64,000 bases of DNA from Steroidobacteraceae bacterium (GTDB lineage Bacteria; Pseudomonadota; Gammaproteobacteria; Steroidobacterales; Steroidobacteraceae): contig JBEKHO010000017.1 in the NCBI GenBank assembly GCA_050012215.1, positions 13,888-77,887 on the forward strand, read 5' to 3'. Numbering within the stretch: position 1 is the stretch's first letter; each line of letters begins with the position of its first letter. Below are positions 59,063 through 64,000 of this stretch, one piece after another. The position numbers and the translations under genes are program-made. The notes beneath the pieces are model-generated. The model saw only the letters and a list, made by a program, of their open reading frames with translations. It was not told the DNA's origin and made no database searches.

Positions 59063-59245
59063 CGCACTCTCCTTATTGGCGCCAGTATCTTCGGTTTGCC
59101 GGCAACAAGGATAAGGGATTTCGCGTAGGACGCATCCGCCCTTTCGGGGACTGCCGCAGCGCAACCGGTAGAATTCCTGATATCGCCCAGATCACGAAAA
59201 ACGACAATTGCCAAGAAACCCGCACCCAGAGGCTCGCCGGCGGCA

Positions 59246-59578
59246 ATGCAGCCCACCTTGACCCTGACATTTAGACACGTCGCGCGCTCCGCCGCCATGG
59301 AGGCCCATGCCCGGGATGTGGCGTCGAGACTGCAGCGCATCGAGGAGCTCATCAGCCGATGCCACATGACGATGGAGAGCCTCGCGGGCGGTGCGTATGC
59401 GGAGCCCACCTACCTGGTGAAAATCGAATTGACCGTGCCGGGCGCACAGATTCACGCCGACAGCTTGCGCGCCGACAGCAGTGGCCATGCCAGCCTCTAC
59501 CAGGCCATGCGAGAGGCTTACGACAATGCCAGGCGCCAGCTGCATCATTTGCGCAGCGACCGGGCGAGGCCGTCTTGA
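59246..59578 (+). CDS. hpf: HPF/RaiA family ribosome hibernation factor (short form)
   Basis: 110 aa. Colinear with S30EA/HPF proteins: LTLTFRHVARSAAMEAHARDVASRLQRIEELISRCHMTME...YLVKIELTVPGAQIHADS...SLYQAMREAYDNARRQL. Confidence 0.8.
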   Translation: MQPTLTLTFRHVARSAAMEAHARDVASRLQRIEELISRCHMTMESLAGGAYAEPTYLVKIELTVPGAQIHADSLRADSSGHASLYQAMREAYDNARRQLHHLRSDRARPS

Positions 59579-59594
59579 CCCGAAGGAGCTTCAG

Positions 59595-60038
59595 ATGAGA
59601 GCCGATACCGAAATCCGTTCCGACATGGAGTCGCAATTGCTACGCGACGCGAGCATCGCCGACAGCGTGATTGGTGTGATAGTCCGCAGCGGCATCGTGA
59701 CGCTGACCGGCGAGGCGGGACATTACGGCGCCAAATGGGCCGCCGAAGAAGTGGCCAAGCGCGTCGCCGGCGTCCGGGCGATCGCAAACGAAATCCACGT
59801 CAAGCTTCACGAGCACGGAGCGCCGAGCGATACCGACATCGCGGAGGCCGTCGCCAACGCGCTCAGCAACACTCCGGCTTCGGACGGCATTCAATGCGTC
59901 GTGCAGAACGGGATCGTCACCTTGAGCGGCCACGCGCCTGGCGGCGGCGATCAGAGAAGCGCCGTCGAGAATGCCGTGCGCCGCCTGACGGGAGTCAAAG
60001 GCGTCCTGAACTCCATCATGACGGTGACCGCGTCTTAG
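59595..60038 (+). CDS. BON domain protein (two BON domains, no signal peptide)
   Basis: ATG at 59595 follows a GAAGGAG RBS, 17 nt after the hpf stop. Two copies of the pattern V.V.NG.VTLSG....W....A...VAGV..I.N.I.V. Confidence 0.8.
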   Translation: MRADTEIRSDMESQLLRDASIADSVIGVIVRSGIVTLTGEAGHYGAKWAAEEVAKRVAGVRAIANEIHVKLHEHGAPSDTDIAEAVANALSNTPASDGIQCVVQNGIVTLSGHAPGGGDQRSAVENAVRRLTGVKGVLNSIMTVTAS

Positions 60039-60047
60039 ATTTGGCGC

Positions 60048-60563
60048 TCACAGCGTGAGCGAGTAGATGAGCTGATTGGAATCGCTCGGATCGCGCAGCG
60101 ACTTCATGCCCAGTCCCCTTGCGAGCGCTGCCATTGCCGTGTTGCTCGCCAGATCGATCGAATATAACTGCCTGACTCCCTTCGCTTTTGCGGCCTCGAT
60201 GAGGTGCCTCATCAACACCAAGCCGAGTCCCTTGTGCTGCCACTCGTCCGCCACGGTGATGGCGATTTCGCGCACATCCGCCTCGGAATCCTGTGCATAG
60301 CGGCTGACTCCGATCTCCAACTCCCGATCTGCGCGGCGCACCGTGGCAACGAAGGCCATGGTGTGGTTGCCGTCGACATCGCACAGACGTTTCAGCTCGT
60401 CGGGGGGTAATTCGCTCACCCCGCCGAGGAATCGGAAGTGCTTGCTATCCGGGGATAGACGCCGGATGAAGTCCCTCTCCATGTCCACATCGCTCTTGCG
60501 TATGGGCCGGACGGTCACCGTCTCCCCCGCTATCATCGGATAAAGCTCCTCGCTCATGATCAC
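60048..60563 (-). CDS. stand-alone Pat-type GNAT (probable protein lysine acetyltransferase)
   Basis: 171 aa. TVRPIRKSDVDMERDFIRRLSPDSKHFRFLGGVSELPPDELKRLCDVDGNHTMAFVA...ADEWQHKGLGLVLMRHL matches, by eye, the C-terminal GNAT domain of Pat-like acetyltransferases. Confidence 0.65.
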   Translation of the reverse strand: MIMSEELYPMIAGETVTVRPIRKSDVDMERDFIRRLSPDSKHFRFLGGVSELPPDELKRLCDVDGNHTMAFVATVRRADRELEIGVSRYAQDSEADVREIAITVADEWQHKGLGLVLMRHLIEAAKAKGVRQLYSIDLASNTAMAALARGLGMKSLRDPSDSNQLIYSLTL

Positions 60564-60695
60564 AAGACTCCCGGTTGAAGTTCAGCCGACAATAGATCGG
60601 CCGGCCTGTCGCGCGCCATCGTGGAATGCCGAAATCGACGCGCGCGTGCTGCATGACGTAGGATTCGTTCAGCGGGTCAAGCAAGGAGTGTCGGG

Positions 60696-61613
60696 ATGGC
60701 CGGATATAAGTTGAATCGGATTCTCGTCGCGGTCGCCGATCCTTTGTCAGGTTTGAACAAGGCGGTCCGGCGTGCGCGAGCCCTTGCGCACCAGACGGGT
60801 GCCATCGTTGATTTATTCAACGCAATAGCGTCCTCCGTCTCCACCGGCATACTGCACGCCGAGTCAGAGCACTTCACGCGTTTGGAGGCGGAGCAGCATC
60901 GCCGGCTCCTCGAGCGGACGGCGAACCGGTTGCGTCGCGAAGAGATCATCGTCAACACCAAAGTCGAGACCGGATACCCGGTTCACGAGGCGATCCTGCG
61001 TGAGGTGCAACTCACCAAAGCGGATCTTTTGATCATCGAAGCGCGCAAGCACAGTGCCATCGCGCGCTTGCTGCTCACACAGACCGACTTCGAACTGATC
61101 CGGCACTGTCCGATTCCGCTGCTGATAGTCAAAGGGAACACCGCGTGGCGCAAGCCACACATCCTGGCGGCGCTGGACCCATTTCACGTCCACGATAAGC
61201 CGAGCGGATTGGATGACCAGATCGTGGATGCGGCGCGCACCTTTGCCACTCAGGTGGGTGGTTCCGTGCACGCCGCGCACATCTATCGTCCGCTCCTCGG
61301 CTTTGTTCCCGATCTTGCGGGCGCCACCGTGCTCACGACGATGCCGGAAAGCGACAAGAAATATAAGGCCACGGTTCGCCGACGGTTCTACGAGGCCATC
61401 GATCGATACGGTATCGCAAGAAGCAAGACGCATCTGGTGTGCGGCGATCCGGCGCCCGCGCTTGCGGCCGTCGCGCGCTCGATGCGGGCCGGCCTGATCG
61501 TCATCGGAGCAACGTCTCGCTCGGGCCTGAAGAGAGTCTTCATCGGCAACACCGCCGAGCGGGTGCTCGATGGCCTGAAGTGCGACGTCTTGGTCGTAAA
61601 GCCGCGCAGGTGA
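60696..61613 (+). CDS. tandem-domain universal stress protein
   Basis: 305 aa with two UspA domains. The second carries the ATP motif GATSRSGLKRVFIGNTAERV. Confidence 0.85.
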   Translation: MAGYKLNRILVAVADPLSGLNKAVRRARALAHQTGAIVDLFNAIASSVSTGILHAESEHFTRLEAEQHRRLLERTANRLRREEIIVNTKVETGYPVHEAILREVQLTKADLLIIEARKHSAIARLLLTQTDFELIRHCPIPLLIVKGNTAWRKPHILAALDPFHVHDKPSGLDDQIVDAARTFATQVGGSVHAAHIYRPLLGFVPDLAGATVLTTMPESDKKYKATVRRRFYEAIDRYGIARSKTHLVCGDPAPALAAVARSMRAGLIVIGATSRSGLKRVFIGNTAERVLDGLKCDVLVVKPRR

Positions 61614-61635
61614 GCGCGAGGCAACCGATTGTTCG

Positions 61636-62133
61636 CTACGCCGCGGAGGCCTTGAGCGGCGGGCGTTTGGCCGCATCACCGCGCGGTTGCGGCACTCCCC
61701 GAACCAGCAGGACCGGCACCGAAGCGGAGCGCACCACCTCTTCGGCATCGCTCCCCATCGCGACCCGCGCGAGTCCGCGCCGCCCGTGGGTTCCCATGAC
61801 GATCAGCTCCGCGCCCCATTCATTGGCCTGCGCGACGATCAGATCCGCCGCCCTGCCGCCCATCGATTCGAGCATGATGCATTCGGGGGTGATTCCCTCC
61901 GCCTGAACGGCGGCTTTCGCGCGCTCCAAGACGCTGCTTCCGCCCTTGCGCAGAAGCTCGATGACGTCCGTCGCATACACCCCCGAGCCGTAGGCGTAGT
62001 CCAGCACGAACTCGTTGACGAAATGCACCAGGCGAATCTGCCCGCCGACGCATTTCGCAATCTTGACCGCCTCCTTGAGGCCGAGGGCCGAGGTCTCGCT
62101 TCCGTCAACAGGAACCAGTATCTTGCCGTACAT
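61636..62133 (-). CDS. universal stress protein (single domain)
   Basis: ATG at 62133 (MYGKILVPVDGSETS...). ATP motif GTHGRRGLARVAMGSDAEEV. Confidence 0.85.
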   Translation of the reverse strand: MYGKILVPVDGSETSALGLKEAVKIAKCVGGQIRLVHFVNEFVLDYAYGSGVYATDVIELLRKGGSSVLERAKAAVQAEGITPECIMLESMGGRAADLIVAQANEWGAELIVMGTHGRRGLARVAMGSDAEEVVRSASVPVLLVRGVPQPRGDAAKRPPLKASAA

Positions 62134-62166
62134 AGGGTCTTCCTCTCCGTACCGAAATCTTTCCGA

Positions 62167-62189
62167 CGATTCGCCTCGATGGCGAATCG
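62167..62189. promoter_or_regulatory. perfect 9-bp inverted repeat CGATTCGCC-N5-GGCGAATCG, followed on the plus strand by CATTTTTG
   Basis: Read directly from the sequence. It lies 34-56 nt upstream of the minus-strand USP start. It could be an operator, a 5'-UTR hairpin, or a plus-strand terminator-like element. Confidence 0.35.
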
Positions 62190-62332
62190 CATTTTTGCCA
62201 GGCTCATTTTTAACAGCCAAACCGCCGGCTGGCATGTGGGGATTTCCACGAAGCACTGCGGCTACTACTCATTGTGACGCCACCAGTCAAGCCTCAGCTT
62301 TAGACACTGCTGTTTGCCTGGACCCCTCTCCG

Positions 62333-63469
62333 ATGCGTGGGATTCTCCACATTGCCTACAAGCTTTTGGTCAATGACCGCGCCAAATACGCGGCACTGCT
62401 CGTGGGGATCACGTTTGCCGTATTCCTGATGATCGAAATGACCTCCTTGTTTGCCGGCATCTTGATGCGCTCGTCCGCCACGGTCATCAATATCGGTGCC
62501 TCGATCTGGGTGATGGATCCGGCGATTCAGACGGTCGCCAACACCATCCCGCTTCCGGACTACGTGCTCGACGAAGTTCGCAGCGTACCGGGCGTGAAAT
62601 ACGCGGTTCCTCTGTATTCCGGCGCGGCGCTCCTGAAGCTGCAGGATGGCACCTATCAAGCCGCGAACGTGATCGGTCTCGACGATACCAGTCTTTTCGG
62701 ACGGCCGACGCTGCTCAGCGGCAAGATCACGGACATCTTCGCAGAGAACGCATTCATCGCCGTCAAGGATTCCGAATTCTACAAACTGGGCAACCCGAAA
62801 ATCGGCGAGCAGTTCCAACTCAACGACCATCGGGGAGTGATCGTCGGCATCGCCCACGTCGCCTCCAGCGGACTGTTCGGGGTACCCACGCTGTACACGA
62901 CGTACAACCGCGCGCTTCAATACATTCCCAACACCCGCTTCACGATCTCCTACCTGCTGGTGGAGCCCAAATCTCCCGCAGATGTGGCATCGATAAAAGC
63001 CCAAGTCGCCAAAGCGGGATACCTGGCGCTCACCAAGGATGAGTTCACCAGCAAGATCGCTAAATTTTACATGTATCAGACCGGCATCGGCACCAACATG
63101 ATGATCATGACGGTGATCAGCTTCATCATCGGACTATCCATCTCGGGACAGACCTTCTACACATTCGTGATCGAGAATCTGGAGAAGTTCGGCGCCCTCA
63201 AGGCGATCGGCGCCAAGGGACGTGAGCTCATCTGCATGATTCTGTTCCAGGCATCCTTCGTGGCGCTGACGGGCTACGGCTTGGGCGTGGGCCTCTGCAC
63301 CCTCATCATCTGGCTCGCCCGTCTGTACCTGCCCGACTATGCGGCAATCATCACGGGCTGGAACCTGAGCGTCGCCTTTCTCATGGTGGTCGTCATTGCC
63401 GCAAGCTCGAGCTACTTCGGCGTGCGCAAGGTGCTGAAGATCGAACCGTTCGATATTTTCCGGGGATGA
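62333..63469 (+). CDS. devC: DevC/FtsX-like ABC transporter permease
   Basis: ATG at 62333. N-terminus MRGILHIAYKLLVNDRAKYAALLVGITFAVFLM, a large periplasmic domain, then 3 C-terminal TMs, as in DevC-family permeases. Confidence 0.75.
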   Translation: MRGILHIAYKLLVNDRAKYAALLVGITFAVFLMIEMTSLFAGILMRSSATVINIGASIWVMDPAIQTVANTIPLPDYVLDEVRSVPGVKYAVPLYSGAALLKLQDGTYQAANVIGLDDTSLFGRPTLLSGKITDIFAENAFIAVKDSEFYKLGNPKIGEQFQLNDHRGVIVGIAHVASSGLFGVPTLYTTYNRALQYIPNTRFTISYLLVEPKSPADVASIKAQVAKAGYLALTKDEFTSKIAKFYMYQTGIGTNMMIMTVISFIIGLSISGQTFYTFVIENLEKFGALKAIGAKGRELICMILFQASFVALTGYGLGVGLCTLIIWLARLYLPDYAAIITGWNLSVAFLMVVVIAASSSYFGVRKVLKIEPFDIFRG

Positions 63470-64000
63470 CCGTGGCGGCGACAGCCATTCAGGCCGTGGG
63501 GCTCAACAAGTGGTTCGGCGAGGGAGGGGCCCGGACGCACGCCGTACGGGACGTGAACTTCGAGGCGTACTTCGGCGAGGTCCTCTATGTGGTGGGTCCC
63601 TCCGGCAGCGGCAAGACCACCATGCTCAGCATGATCTCGGGAATTCTGCGACCCAACAGCGGTACCGTCAAAATCGAGGACACTGATGTCTGGAGCCTCA
63701 GCAATGACGAGCTCGCCGAATTCCGGCTGCACAAGATCGGCTTCGTGTTCCAGGATTTTCACCTTTTCCCGCGCCTGACCACCGCCGAGAACGTGGCCAT
63801 CCCGCTCATCCTGCAAAAGAAGGACTGGGACGAGGCGCTCAAAGAGGCCGCGGTGGATCTGGAAATCGTCGGCCTGAAGGACAAGACGCAATTGCCGCCG
63901 GTGAAGTTGAGCGGCGGCGAACAGCAGCGCGTGGCGATCGCCCGGGCCATCGTCAGCCGGCCCGACATTCTGATTCTGGACGAGCCTACCGCTTCGCTCG
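63466..64000 (+). CDS. devA: ABC transporter ATP-binding protein (DevA/MacB-NBD-like), 3'-truncated by the window end
   Basis: Not in the ORF track because no stop is reached. ATG at 63466 overlaps the devC stop (ATGA). Walker A GPSGSGKTT, Q-loop, signature LSGGEQQRVAIARA, Walker B ILILDEPT. Confidence 0.85.
   Translation, partial: MTVAATAIQAVGLNKWFGEGGARTHAVRDVNFEAYFGEVLYVVGPSGSGKTTMLSMISGILRPNSGTVKIEDTDVWSLSNDELAEFRLHKIGFVFQDFHLFPRLTTAENVAIPLILQKKDWDEALKEAAVDLEIVGLKDKTQLPPVKLSGGEQQRVAIARAIVSRPDILILDEPTASL

Noticed and set aside
59063-59245. Possible FNR/CRP-type or sigma-54 sites in the hpf divergent promoter (TGAT-N9-ATCA near 59175-59192; TTGCCGGCAA palindrome at 59096-59105)
   Set aside because: Spacing does not fit TTGAT-N4-ATCAA or TGTGA-N6-TCACA. 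No TGGCAC-N5-TTGC match was found. The short GC-rich palindrome is expected by chance. I therefore do not call any regulator site here.

Overview
GC-rich, densely coding bacterial chromosomal segment that looks proteobacterial. I can support about 50 protein-coding genes. I found no rRNA, tRNA, CRISPR array, transposase or integrase. Many neighbouring genes share 1-4 nt stop/start overlaps (ATGA, GTGA, TGATG), so operons are easy to define. Layout: (1) 0-18.6 kb holds amide/peptide hydrolases and peptide uptake: GST, penicillin-acylase-family Ntn hydrolase, M3 Dcp-like peptidase, amidohydrolase, M20 peptidase, POT transporter and GGT. A stand-alone divergent EF-G paralog and a DUF1800/DUF1501 pair are interspersed. 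(2) 18.8-21.1 kb encodes a lipoprotein made of six ~110-120 aa two-cysteine Ig-like repeats. (3) 21.1-30.2 kb is a minus-strand operon: TPR-GGDEF cyclase, then a leaderless discoidin/(alpha/alpha)6 glycosidase-like giant, then an SbmA/BacA/ABCD-type ABC half-transporter whose ATPase motifs are degenerate, then a secreted CocE/NonD-fold protein with all three catalytic-triad positions substituted. (4) 30.3-36.0 kb is a cyanophycin cluster: cphE, cphA and a Mur-ligase-only cphA paralog. (5) Next come cytochrome c, a short AT-rich island, and a CPA1 Na+/H+ antiporter translationally coupled to an OmpR-type two-component system. (6) 40.3-48.6 kb is a complete MoxR-DUF58-DUF4381-BatA-BatB/C-BatD-BatE operon. 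(7) yajR-like MFS, a DUF3562 protein, and a ybhGFSR-like ABC-2 efflux operon plus an outer membrane factor. (8) 57.1-62.3 kb is a stress/ribosome-hibernation island: eRF1/host-attachment-like small protein plus APH/P-loop kinase, HPF/RaiA, BON, Pat-type GNAT and two USP genes. (9) devC/devA-like ABC genes run off the window end. The candidates I rate highest are the operon with two apparently dead enzymes (21-30 kb) and the eRF1-like/kinase pair divergent from HPF. All homology calls come from reading motifs in the supplied translations by eye. No database search was run.
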